This document shows, one piece after another, positions 18,825 through 29,011 of a stretch of DNA of 64,000 nucleotides. A program made the translations under genes and the position numbers. The notes beneath the pieces are model-generated. The model saw only the letters and a list, made by a program, of their open reading frames with translations. It was not told the DNA's origin and made no database searches. Location: the IMG/VR virus record IMGVR_UViG_3300014204_000110; one strand, given 5' to 3'. Positions within the stretch are counted from its first letter, which is position 1, and each line of letters opens with the position of its first letter. The stretch is from a virus. Lineage: Duplodnaviria > Caudoviricetes.

Positions 18825-18904
18825 TAGGAGATAAAGGAATCGAACCTTTTTCGCATTTTCACGCCTTATAAGAGCGTCGGAGATTACCAACCTCCACATC
18901 TCCT
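18825..18904 (-). tRNA. tRNA-Ile(UAU)
   Basis: AGGAGAU/AUCUCCU, D-arm GGAG/CUCC, anticodon arm ACGCU-CUUAUAA-GGCGU, T-arm AAAGG-UUCGAUU-CCUUU. Confidence 0.75.
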
Positions 18905-18931
18905 TTAAAATCAATTAGTTATATTAATTTA

Positions 18932-19016
18932 CAGAAGGTATAGGATTTGAACCTATGGAAGATTACTCTCCGCTACGTTAGCAGTGTAGTGCCTTAAACC
19001 TCTCGGCCAACCTTCT
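18932..19016 (-). tRNA. tRNA-Ser(GCU)
   Basis: AGAAGGU/ACCUUCU, CUACA-CUGCUAA-CGUAG, long variable arm, G discriminator. Confidence 0.92.
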
Positions 19017-19211
19017 ATTTAAATATCTTTTTAATTACTTCTTTATTTTTAAATGACTTACATTTATAACAACTTTCTTTTGTATCTAATAATGGAGAAG
19101 CTTCTTTAATCACAAGAGATAAAAGAATATTAAGGCAATCATCACTTAAGTTTTTATATACTGAACGTTTCCATCTAGAAAGTATGTTTTGTTCTAACGT
19201 TTTTACGTTCA

Positions 19212-19538
19212 TTATTTAACTTTCTGAAGAATATCATCAACAGATTTTCTAAGCAGATATTTGAAATCATCTCTGATAGTAGCATTAGACATTAAATTTT
19301 TAATATCAGTTCCCATTTCAGTAAGTAATTTATTTACAAGTTTTTGAGCAAGTTCTTCTTCGATAAGTTCTTTGATACGAGCAAATACTTTAGCTCTATC
19401 AATAGTCGCATATACATGTTTTAGTTCTTGAGAAATGTCTATACGATTATTATAATCTATTTTAAAAGTTTCACCACTTTGAATAAGTTTAATTATAGCA
19501 TTTTCAATGCTTTGTTCTATTCTAGATGTATCTATCAT
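19212..19538 (-). CDS. hypothetical helical protein
   Basis: 108 aa ORF. Confidence 0.6.
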   Translation of the reverse strand: MIDTSRIEQSIENAIIKLIQSGETFKIDYNNRIDISQELKHVYATIDRAKVFARIKELIEEELAQKLVNKLLTEMGTDIKNLMSNATIRDDFKYLLRKSVDDILQKVK

Positions 19539-19546
19539 AAAATCCC

Positions 19547-20611
19547 TTATCTAATTGTACTTAAAGTCATATATTCTGGAAAATTTCTTGATATAAATTT
19601 AATACTATTAAAGTAATCTAAATTTTTAGATAATATTAAACATCCATGTCCAATTAAATTAACTGAAAAATTAGACGCGTTGTTATCTGGAATTATGTTT
19701 ATTATTTCATTAAATTCTTCAACATATCCACATGGAATATATTTATCTGTTATATATCCAGAATCAGTATAAATATGTCCATGTATTATATAATTAACGT
19801 TTTTATAATAATTATATAATCTAATTTGAACTGCTGTATCTACACTTGGTTTATTAAATCCACTAAAAAATACTTTATCTTCAAGTAATTGTACTGGTAC
19901 AAAACCTGTAGAATCTAAAGTTTCTTTATTAATATTTCTTTGTGATACAAATATCATATCATTTAGTTTATAACTTGGAAATCCAAACATACATCGAGTA
20001 GATATATTACCTAAAAATCGTTCTTTATTTATAACTCCATTAATTTTAGTTTTAAATATATCTCCATAACTATGTATTATATCTAAAAATTTAGGTTCTA
20101 TATTAATATTGCTATTAAAATTAACGTTAACGGATTCTACTCTAGAGAGATTAGAAATATAATTAATTAATTTTATTAACATAAGACTCATGCCTGAAAT
20201 AGTATCAGTATTAATCCATATATTTCCTAAAGTATCAAGTATTTTAAAATTGTATTCTTTTTGTTTATTTATAACAATACATAAATTTGAATGATTTTTA
20301 AACATTCGTTCAATTATTTCAAATGTTGAATATTTATCATTATCATTTCTTTTTGAAGTTACAAGCAAGCATTTTTTATTTAAAACTTTAATTTTTGGTA
20401 GATACTTATCTATCGAGTTATCTATATTTGGCATCCAAATTATAGTTTTATATTTAGAAATATTATTAATAATTTGATCTAGTATATATAATTGTCCACC
20501 ATTATAAAAATCTATATCTCTATATTGATTTTTTAATTCATTATATATACATTCACCAAAATATGAAGATTTTCCTATATTATTAAAATCTCCAGTTACT
20601 AATAATATCAT
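19547..20611 (-). CDS. class II aldolase/adducin-domain protein
   Basis: GNISTR, KPSVDT, YIIHGH, NLIGHGCL. Confidence 0.7.
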   Translation of the reverse strand: MILLVTGDFNNIGKSSYFGECIYNELKNQYRDIDFYNGGQLYILDQIINNISKYKTIIWMPNIDNSIDKYLPKIKVLNKKCLLVTSKRNDNDKYSTFEIIERMFKNHSNLCIVINKQKEYNFKILDTLGNIWINTDTISGMSLMLIKLINYISNLSRVESVNVNFNSNINIEPKFLDIIHSYGDIFKTKINGVINKERFLGNISTRCMFGFPSYKLNDMIFVSQRNINKETLDSTGFVPVQLLEDKVFFSGFNKPSVDTAVQIRLYNYYKNVNYIIHGHIYTDSGYITDKYIPCGYVEEFNEIINIIPDNNASNFSVNLIGHGCLILSKNLDYFNSIKFISRNFPEYMTLSTIR

Positions 20612-20873
20612 AAAGTTCCTTTTATAGATGGTAATATTGTATTTTCGTATTCTTCTGGAGATATAATATATTCGTTTTTATTATTCATTATTATTTTATA
20701 ATAATAAAACATATTATAACATGTGTGATATTTATTATAACTTATTTCTGAAATTAAATTTGTGTTAATATCAATTGTTATATCTATAACATCTTGGTTG
20801 TTATTAATAATAGTAGTACAATTTATTAATTTATTATTAAATATTATAGAAGTTTTAATATTAATTATAAACA

Positions 20874-21221
20874 TTATCCAATACTCCAATTTATAGTATT
20901 TTTAGCCCATGAAGGTTGTCTACATTTTATATATTTATTAGTCCATTTATACCAACAAACAATTCTAGATAATGGAACTATTCCTTTAGGAACTTGTTCA
21001 ACAACTATATATTTATAATATCCTTCTTCACTTATGTCCATACAATTAGATGTTATATGTTCTTGAGCTTCTTTTAATGTATTATACCATCCTAATAATC
21101 GTATATTTGAATTTATAAAATCTAAATGAATTTTGTTTTCTTTTTTAAATAATATTGGTCTTATTGCAGTAATGAAATATTTACTTATTTGGTAATATTC
21201 TTTTATTTCTTTTTCTGTCAT
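20874..21221 (-). CDS. hypothetical protein
   Basis: 115 aa; N..DI.E..Y.Y.VVE pattern common in phages. Confidence 0.6.
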   Translation of the reverse strand: MTEKEIKEYYQISKYFITAIRPILFKKENKIHLDFINSNIRLLGWYNTLKEAQEHITSNCMDISEEGYYKYIVVEQVPKGIVPLSRIVCWYKWTNKYIKCRQPSWAKNTINWSIG

Positions 21222-21768
21222 ATTTAGTTTTATCTTTGAAAGTTTTCTCAGTTTGTTTAGGTAATGGTATTCTAAATTTTTTAATCTTATTTTTCATAAT
21301 TGATTAGTAAAATCAGGTATATTTTTCCAACACCAAATAAAAAGACATTCATTAGGATATATTTGCATTAATTTATCCCAATTATATCCATGAGCTTTAT
21401 GTAAAAGTCTTATTAACATTGTTGTATAATTATCTCTATTTCCTGAAGATAATTCTATTTTATAATCTCTTATAAAATCATCTGAAACTTCAAAGTTATA
21501 TGTATGATTATCATAAATAATTGGTCCATCATAATTAAATAATTTATTGAAATATTTAAATGTTTGTTCTGTTATGGAAAATTTCATATATTAACTTTTC
21601 TTGGTGGAGAATCTTTATGTATTTCTTGTAAGTTGAATATACATTTATCTAATTTAATAGATTGTTGTAATTGTACAAGCTGTCTAAAATATTGATCTCT
21701 TGCATCTAGATCATCTAGACACTCTAATGGAATTTTAACTGTAAGTAGATAGTTCTTTTTAAGCATAT

Positions 21769-22587
21769 TTAATCCTTGAATAGATCTTCTCTTGAGATAT
21801 TATATGGATTGTTACGTTTATACTGTGAATTTAGATGTCTATCAATAACTTTTTGTTCCATTTCATTATTTTTTTGTATATCACCTCTTAGATAACTTTT
21901 TAAAATATTATCAACTTGTTCCCAGCTATCTGCTCCAATTTGTTCTAGACTTGTATTTGATACTCCAAGTCCATCTGTTGCATCTGCATTAACACAAGCC
22001 ATAAGAGCATTAGCTTGTTTTAGATGTCCACTGTTTGTAAGATCTTCTACGAGATATTTAGCAAGTTCATAAACTTCTGTTTTCCATAGACTTTGTATTG
22101 GTCCATAATCACCAACATCACCATGTAGGGTCCAGAAACCGAGCATCAGTTCAGAATAGTTATCAGTAGAAATAACCATTCCATTATTTAATCCTGCTAT
22201 TGCATATAAATTTATCATTCTTATTCTAGCTTTTACATTACCTTTGTAAATTGTATTTCTATTATCAACATTATTTCCAAATTCTGAACGTATATCATCG
22301 TATACACCATCACAAGTTTGATCAATATCATAGCAATGAAAATTTTTACAAAAATATAATCCGATATCATTTGCTCTATGATTTTCATTAGATTTATTAC
22401 TTTTAGTTGGAAGCGAAAGTCCAATCAATGGTAAATTAAGTTCATCCATTACTGGTTTAAGTAATGCTGCACATAGTGCACTATCAATTCCTCCAGATAT
22501 TCCAAGTACAACACTTTTAAGATTATTAGAAATCATATAATTCTTAAAATTAGATCTAATATTAGATATTACTTTAGAACAATTCAT
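21769..22587 (-). CDS. nadE: NH3-dependent NAD+ synthetase
   Basis: VLGISGGIDSAL, GNVKARIRM, STDNYSE..LGFWTLHGD, LWKTEVY. Confidence 0.92.
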   Translation of the reverse strand: MNCSKVISNIRSNFKNYMISNNLKSVVLGISGGIDSALCAALLKPVMDELNLPLIGLSLPTKSNKSNENHRANDIGLYFCKNFHCYDIDQTCDGVYDDIRSEFGNNVDNRNTIYKGNVKARIRMINLYAIAGLNNGMVISTDNYSELMLGFWTLHGDVGDYGPIQSLWKTEVYELAKYLVEDLTNSGHLKQANALMACVNADATDGLGVSNTSLEQIGADSWEQVDNILKSYLRGDIQKNNEMEQKVIDRHLNSQYKRNNPYNISREDLFKD

Positions 22588-22589
22588 GA

Positions 22590-23786
22590 TTAATCCTTAT
22601 AGTTAAAAGCACGTTTATATGTGGTTATATCTTCTTTAGAACCTAGAAATTTACCAGGATCATCACTAAGTTTAACTGTATTATACTTATAATCATCAAT
22701 ATAAAGTGATTGTAATTTAATTACAATATTAAGTGGACTTATCAAACCGTCATTGGATGTATCTGTCCCCCATCCAAATGAACAATCAAGATTAGGATAT
22801 TGATATCTAATATCTATAATTTTATGTGTGTTTAAATTATCAGAAAACATTATTTTACTTGAAGTTTTATTATATTTTCCTAATAATTTTACAAAATGAG
22901 CTATGCTTCCACTATCTTGTCTTAAATTTATACTTTCTTTTATATTTTTAAGAAACCATTCACTTCCATATGTATCTGTAAGAAAGTAGGTATCTGGAAA
23001 GATTTTAATGTAATCGCTAACTAATTGTTTTTGTGATTCTTCTAGATAATCCGCTTGTATAATATCAATTTCATACGATTCAATATTTCTATATTGATAA
23101 TCTTTATTAAATTGATATTGAGCTAAAGCAGCATATAACATATTCATTTCATGAGCAATTGTACCAATGGCTGGTATATTATATTTATTAGCTAGAGATA
23201 TATTAGATGTTCCAATAAGCTTATCTGGAATTTCTTTGAGACATTTCTCGATGAATATTTCTTGAAATTTAATATTAGAACGTCTACGAGTGCCAAATTC
23301 TACAAAATTAATATTTCTACAACTTTTAATTAGTTTAATTTTTTCATCAGTTTTTCTTATAAAAGCTTGTTCATGTTCATTACTAAATTTTCCCATAGTT
23401 TCTAAAGTATGATTTGAGAAAACTTCATTAACGGTTGACATTATAAGTGTCTCAAAAGGTATAAGATCTGATATTTTTCCTGTATAATATAAATTATTTA
23501 TATCTTGATTCATACTTGCAGCATTACCAATATCAAGTTTTGATAGATAATCTATAAAATCTAGATCATTAAAATGTTTATATAATAGCTGAAGTTCTGA
23601 ATATTTAAATTTTAAGTTAAATAATTTATTAACTTCTTCTCTTATTTTAACATCTAGAAATTTTAAATTAATATTACCACGATTGTATAATCTATAAGTA
23701 ACAATATGATTATCTAATTTCATTTTGTATAAAAAGTATAACATTTTATACTTATACATATCACAATCAAGTAGTGAAGTTATCAT
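22590..23786 (-). CDS. pncB: nicotinate phosphoribosyltransferase
   Basis: SLLDCDMYKYKM, EFGTRRR, GTSN, GTIAHE, TDTYG, RQDSG, FSDNL, SFGWGT, NIVIK, VKLSDDPGK. Confidence 0.9.
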   Translation of the reverse strand: MITSLLDCDMYKYKMLYFLYKMKLDNHIVTYRLYNRGNINLKFLDVKIREEVNKLFNLKFKYSELQLLYKHFNDLDFIDYLSKLDIGNAASMNQDINNLYYTGKISDLIPFETLIMSTVNEVFSNHTLETMGKFSNEHEQAFIRKTDEKIKLIKSCRNINFVEFGTRRRSNIKFQEIFIEKCLKEIPDKLIGTSNISLANKYNIPAIGTIAHEMNMLYAALAQYQFNKDYQYRNIESYEIDIIQADYLEESQKQLVSDYIKIFPDTYFLTDTYGSEWFLKNIKESINLRQDSGSIAHFVKLLGKYNKTSSKIMFSDNLNTHKIIDIRYQYPNLDCSFGWGTDTSNDGLISPLNIVIKLQSLYIDDYKYNTVKLSDDPGKFLGSKEDITTYKRAFNYKD

Positions 23787-23787
23787 A

Positions 23788-24237
23788 TTACTTACTTTCT
23801 GATAAAGTTTTAGCTACAGATAAAATCTCATCTAGATAATTATGTCTATTACAACCTTTAAGTAATAAATCCATACATTCTTTTATAAGATGATGATATT
23901 TTGGTTTTATACATTTGTATAAAAAACTATTAGCTTCTGCTTCATATAGTATTTCTTGAGATAAAGTTATATCATCTTTAATATCAGTATGTTTTGCGTT
24001 AATATGTCCTTGTTCATGAAGTCCAACTATTATATAACATAAATCCATTTTAGAATTTGTTATTTTTGTTTGATTATTATGTTCTAAATATCTTTTATAT
24101 ATTCTTTTAGTTCCAATAATTATTCTATATGTTTCATTATCATATGATCCGTAGTTAAATTTATCTTCAAAATCAAAATTGGTAATTTCAATTTTTATTG
24201 GTTCTTTAATACTTTTAGTTTGTACTAAAGCAGACAT
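23788..24237 (-). CDS. putative HExxH zinc metallopeptidase
   Basis: GLHEQGH ... EAEAN (ImmA/IrrE-like). Confidence 0.55.
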   Translation of the reverse strand: MSALVQTKSIKEPIKIEITNFDFEDKFNYGSYDNETYRIIIGTKRIYKRYLEHNNQTKITNSKMDLCYIIVGLHEQGHINAKHTDIKDDITLSQEILYEAEANSFLYKCIKPKYHHLIKECMDLLLKGCNRHNYLDEILSVAKTLSESK

Positions 24238-24238
24238 A

Positions 24239-25906
24239 TTACCTCATAGATATATGTAAAATTTTATTTGCATTTATCATAAGAACTCTAACTCCATCAG
24301 TAAATAACTTTTTAGTATTATCAAATGGAGGATCTTTTACTGATTTAATTCCAGAATCTAATATTAAATCTAAACGTTCATCTTCAATTATAGCTGCTGC
24401 TACAGATTTATTAAGAACACAAAAATTAGAAGAATCATTAGGTGAAGATTGTTCTTGAGTTAGTTTATAACCATCTTTAAAAATAATCGTATTTCTATAA
24501 TATTTTGATTTATATTCAGATATTATAATAGCTATTTTAAGTGATCCACCAATGTTATAATTTGCATCAATAATACGATGATTAGTAAGTTCTTTTATAG
24601 CGATTTGTTGTATTGAATCTTTGTTTGGAATAATTAACCAAGGTACTCCAAGAACGTTTTGAACAATCATATTAGTAAAAACTTGATAGTTAGAAAATAC
24701 ATTTCCTATAAGTTTTTTAGACCAAAGAATTCCAGGAATATGAACTATTATTTTATCATCTAGAACAGTATAAATCATATTATCAAATATAAAATAATCA
24801 GTATATTCAATTTTTGTACTATATTCTTGAACAGATGAATATAATTCTCTTATTCCTAAAATATGAGGGGTTATTTCAATTATAACTGGTAAATATTCAA
24901 ATTTAATAATATCATATTTATGATTTATATAAGTATGAAATAATTTATCTTTATGTTCATATATAACTGTTTTAGTAAAACAATATATTTTACCATTAAT
25001 TACTTTTGCGTCTATGATATTTTCAGATAGTGATATAACTTCAGAAATGTTAAAACTGTTATTATTTTGAATAACATATGATGATTGAGCTGTTACTTGA
25101 ATGTTATCATTTACTTCTGGAGGAATTGATCTGTCTTTCTGTTCTAAGACTGCTTCGTACCAAGATCGTATACTAGAAGGTATATTTGATAAATTTTTAG
25201 CGTGTTTAGGTAATGTTACTTTTTTATTAAAAATTGAATAGTTTAAATCCATTAGTTTAAGTTCTTTTACTTCTCGTCTAGAAAAATCAGGATGATTACC
25301 CTGATATGGATGAATTCCAAGAAATAATTGTATAGTTACAATTGCAAATCCAAACCAATCAGTTTTATCACTAAATTGACCAAATTTTACAGTACGATCT
25401 CTTACAGTATCCATTATGGCAGTACAAGGATATCCAGAGATTTGATAACTATCGGTGTCACAGAAGTATACATTATCAAAATTTTTATTTACTAAAAACT
25501 GTAGTTCGTTATAATCACCTACAACACAAGAATGCTTATGTAATGCAATTGTTGTATCTCTCATTATATTTATAAGTTTAATAAGAGTTTTTATATCTAT
25601 ATTATTTTTTTGTTTCCATCCTTCGTTGTACATCCAGCATAGATAAATTCTATCTGAGATATAGTCCATTGAAAAACCAATATCATGATAATTTTCAACA
25701 CATATATCTCTAGGACATAATACGTTTTTATAAGGTATATTTGTTAAAGCATCTATCTTACCGATAGGAATCATTTTACTTACGTCATGATATATTTTAA
25801 AAGCAGTACTACCAGATCTATATACTTTTCCTTCACCACCTGCTGCTACAAACTCATTCTGTCCAAGATTAAATTTTTGTCTTGACTTTTTAAGAGTTAT
25901 TTGCAT
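24239..25906 (-). CDS. Ser/Thr kinase (TerY-P triad, YegI-like)
   Basis: GGEGKVY, AFKIY, VVGDYN, FCDTDSYQ, TDWFGFA, GIHPY. Confidence 0.85.
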   Translation of the reverse strand: MQITLKKSRQKFNLGQNEFVAAGGEGKVYRSGSTAFKIYHDVSKMIPIGKIDALTNIPYKNVLCPRDICVENYHDIGFSMDYISDRIYLCWMYNEGWKQKNNIDIKTLIKLINIMRDTTIALHKHSCVVGDYNELQFLVNKNFDNVYFCDTDSYQISGYPCTAIMDTVRDRTVKFGQFSDKTDWFGFAIVTIQLFLGIHPYQGNHPDFSRREVKELKLMDLNYSIFNKKVTLPKHAKNLSNIPSSIRSWYEAVLEQKDRSIPPEVNDNIQVTAQSSYVIQNNNSFNISEVISLSENIIDAKVINGKIYCFTKTVIYEHKDKLFHTYINHKYDIIKFEYLPVIIEITPHILGIRELYSSVQEYSTKIEYTDYFIFDNMIYTVLDDKIIVHIPGILWSKKLIGNVFSNYQVFTNMIVQNVLGVPWLIIPNKDSIQQIAIKELTNHRIIDANYNIGGSLKIAIIISEYKSKYYRNTIIFKDGYKLTQEQSSPNDSSNFCVLNKSVAAAIIEDERLDLILDSGIKSVKDPPFDNTKKLFTDGVRVLMINANKILHISMR

Positions 25907-26475
25907 TAATTAATCCTATGAAGTGTTTTTCTTGTAATATCACTAGTCATTTCATCAACGTAAATTATTATATTTGAATCGATTATAAATGTATAACCAT
26001 CATCACTTTGATATATTGGTCTTGGATCATATAATGTTTTTACTTTTTTAACTGCATCTTCTTGTGTATACATTATACATGAAGTTAAAAATAAATAAAT
26101 AAATATAAGTAGATATTTCATATTATACCTCAATAATTTCTGTACAATTTTTATGTTTTTTAAATATTTCTATTAAATTTAAATATTTTTTATAATTTTC
26201 ATTTGGATATTGTTTATAACGTTCTATAAATTCTTTATCATAATTTTTATTATTACCTTTAAAATAATGTATATCTTGTTCTAAATATATTACTATTTTT
26301 GGAGAGGTATTACTAAAGGATACATTATATTGTTGTTCTCGTAATATTATATAAAATATAATATTTGTATAAAATGTTACACTTTTATTAGGATCATATA
26401 ATTCTTTCATTGTATTTATATCTGAAATTCCTATAACGTAATCTAGATCAATAATAGTTCCATCCATAAGTTTAA

Positions 26476-27225
26476 CTAGATATGACATAAGTATTCCTCT
26501 ATTATCATTGTAGCCATTGAGAGATCATCATTAGGATAAATATCTCTAGAGTTCCATTCTCTAAGTTGAGCCTTCATTCTAGCCATAACAAATTGATTAT
26601 TTGTGCGTTTAAATGAAACTAAAGCAATTACTGCTTCTTTAACATCAATACCGTATATATCAGTTACTCCATCAGAAAATAAACTTATAGTTTTAATATT
26701 TTCTAGTATTTGAACGTTTTTACCATAATATGGAGAATTTTCTATTTGATTAGAAGTATCTTCTCCAGTTGTTAAATTAATAACTCGTTCTGTAAGTATT
26801 GGTTTAAATTTTTCATACATATCTCTGCCATTTTCATCATAAACATAAGACATATATAATGGTGTATTTGGATTATAACTTCGAATAATAATTTTTTCTT
26901 CAACATCTGTTTTTATATAAATTACACCATCACCAATTATTGTAAGTTTAACTGTGTTATCTTTTTCATGTGAACATTCTAGATATGTAGCATCAAGTGA
27001 TATGTCTGATAAGTGTAATATACTTGGATGTAATAAATTAATATCCATTCTACATAATAATCTTGCTGCTATATCACTTGTTTTATGAGGAGTACAAATT
27101 CCATCTTTAGATGTAAGTGAACATCCATCAGAGAGACATATCTTATTTGAATAAGCATATGCATAATCTTGACAATAATTATGTGATCGTCCGATTACGT
27201 AATATGAATCTGTTTTTATATTCAT
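26476..27225 (-). CDS. PP2C-like phosphatase (TerY-P triad)
   Basis: GRSH..CQD, LSDGCS, DAT, IGDG, FSDG, NDDLS. Confidence 0.85.
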   Translation of the reverse strand: MNIKTDSYYVIGRSHNYCQDYAYAYSNKICLSDGCSLTSKDGICTPHKTSDIAARLLCRMDINLLHPSILHLSDISLDATYLECSHEKDNTVKLTIIGDGVIYIKTDVEEKIIIRSYNPNTPLYMSYVYDENGRDMYEKFKPILTERVINLTTGEDTSNQIENSPYYGKNVQILENIKTISLFSDGVTDIYGIDVKEAVIALVSFKRTNNQFVMARMKAQLREWNSRDIYPNDDLSMATMIIEEYLCHI

Positions 27226-27595
27226 AATTTTTCTAACATTTTAATGTTAATTAGTCCAAGAAAAGCACCAACCACAGCATAAATTTGATGATGATTTATT
27301 TTAAGTATGTCTTCAATAATTATAAATATTAAAACCCAAGCACAAATAAAAAGAATTGAATATAAAAATTTATTCATAATTATCTTCTATTATTTGAGTA
27401 AACTACGCTTTGGCATCATCTATTATATCTAGAATATCAACAAATGGCTTTTACAGCCTACAAGCGTAATTTACTAAAATATATGTACTATAGGTAGGAA
27501 AACACCTTGCTTATAATATAGATTAAATTTAAGGCATCTAGTGATTTATTATAATTGGGGTGTCATCCAATCACAGGAACTCCTACACTATAGTA

Positions 27596-28348
27596 TTAAA
27601 TAGTTACTTGTGAAAGTACTTGTTGTGTATTTTGAGATGTAACGGTTTGAGATTTAGATGAAAAGCTTTGAGAAATAAGTCCAGCTATTTTACCAAGACT
27701 ACTTGGACTTGCATCTTCAACAGAAATAAACTTGTCAATTCCACATTCTTTTGCAAATATTTCAAGATTTGTCTTAGTATTAATATCTTGCATATTTACT
27801 CCAATCATAACTATAATTGGAGCTGAAGTGTAAGCTTTTTCATCTTTTTTAAGAGCATCGATCTTAGCTTTTAAGATACTGTTCTTTTTACATTTAACTG
27901 AATTATTTTCTTCACCATCAGTGACTATAAAGATACAAGCTGTTGCATCGTAGTCTTGATCAATAAGTTGTCTACAGAATGTTTCTGATGCTTCGAGAGT
28001 ATCTAGAATAGCATCTCTAAGAGCAGTCATACCACGACATTTAATGGTTCCAACATAATTATTTTCATCAATCTGATCTACTGGTTGTAGACCATGAACT
28101 TCAGTAACGTAATCAGAGAATCGTGTTACTCTCTGCATGATTTTATTTTTGGTTGGAAGCTTTTTATTCATCTTTGTTATGTCAATAAGCATACGTTCGA
28201 TATCTGATGCAAAACTTCCTACACTTCCAGATGTGTCTAGAGCAATCATTCCAATCATCTGTTCATTATCAAAAGCATCAGTAATTGGAACATGACCAAA
28301 TTGAAATCCACTCATTGTTGTTGTACTTACTAAATTTTTTTCATCCAT
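27596..28348 (-). CDS. TerY-like vWA domain protein
   Basis: LDTSGS, GMTALRD, VTDGEENNS; adjacent to PP2C and kinase. Confidence 0.82.
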   Translation of the reverse strand: MDEKNLVSTTTMSGFQFGHVPITDAFDNEQMIGMIALDTSGSVGSFASDIERMLIDITKMNKKLPTKNKIMQRVTRFSDYVTEVHGLQPVDQIDENNYVGTIKCRGMTALRDAILDTLEASETFCRQLIDQDYDATACIFIVTDGEENNSVKCKKNSILKAKIDALKKDEKAYTSAPIIVMIGVNMQDINTKTNLEIFAKECGIDKFISVEDASPSSLGKIAGLISQSFSSKSQTVTSQNTQQVLSQVTI

Positions 28349-28359
28349 AAATTATCTCC

Positions 28360-29010
28360 TTATTTAGATTTTCGTTGATGTTTATATTTTCTAAAACTAT
28401 ATTTATCAAATCCTTTAGATTGAGCTTTAAGTGTGTCACTTATAGGCCAAGGTTCCTTCTCTGGAGTTGATAAAACTCCAGAAATAAATTGTTGTATCTT
28501 TTGAAATATTGTATAATTATCCATTACTTTTTGAAATTCAAATGGTTTTAGAAATGGATCTTTAAATAAAGTTAAATTTTTATATCTATCCTGAAAATTA
28601 AAAGAACTATTAAGTAATATTGGAGTTTTATATTTAATATGTAACTCAAATAGTTCTTGTGAAAAACCAGTTTGAAAGCTTGTTTTATGTATTTTATCTA
28701 TAGATTTTTCATATTTTGTATTTGTAAGTATTTTAATAAGTGCATCTCTAGAATATACAATCAAGCTTTTCGATAGATAATATCCTGAAACTAAAACTCC
28801 ATTATAATAATTACCACATATAGAAATTAAAAAAGATTCATATTGTGGTTCATAATTATTATAATAACTATTATTAAACATTGTATATAATTCTTTAGAT
28901 TTAAAATTATCTAGAACTACTTCAGATTTTCTAAAGTATTTAATACTTTTATCTATTCCAAGATTCATTATGTTGTCATAAAAGTCATGAAATGAACTAT
29001 AAATTACCAT
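28360..29010 (-). CDS. conserved phage hypothetical protein
   Basis: I.S.FHDFYD N-terminus and K..SKGFDKYSFR C-terminus. Confidence 0.65.
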   Translation of the reverse strand: MVIYSSFHDFYDNIMNLGIDKSIKYFRKSEVVLDNFKSKELYTMFNNSYYNNYEPQYESFLISICGNYYNGVLVSGYYLSKSLIVYSRDALIKILTNTKYEKSIDKIHKTSFQTGFSQELFELHIKYKTPILLNSSFNFQDRYKNLTLFKDPFLKPFEFQKVMDNYTIFQKIQQFISGVLSTPEKEPWPISDTLKAQSKGFDKYSFRKYKHQRKSK

Positions 29011-29011
29011 A

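Noticed and set aside
18522-18914. N-terminal extensions of ORFs 18522-18914, 6193-6708, 3874-4170 and 17582-18343
   Set aside because: The extensions run through tRNA, ncRNA or terminator sequence; downstream ATGs are more plausible.
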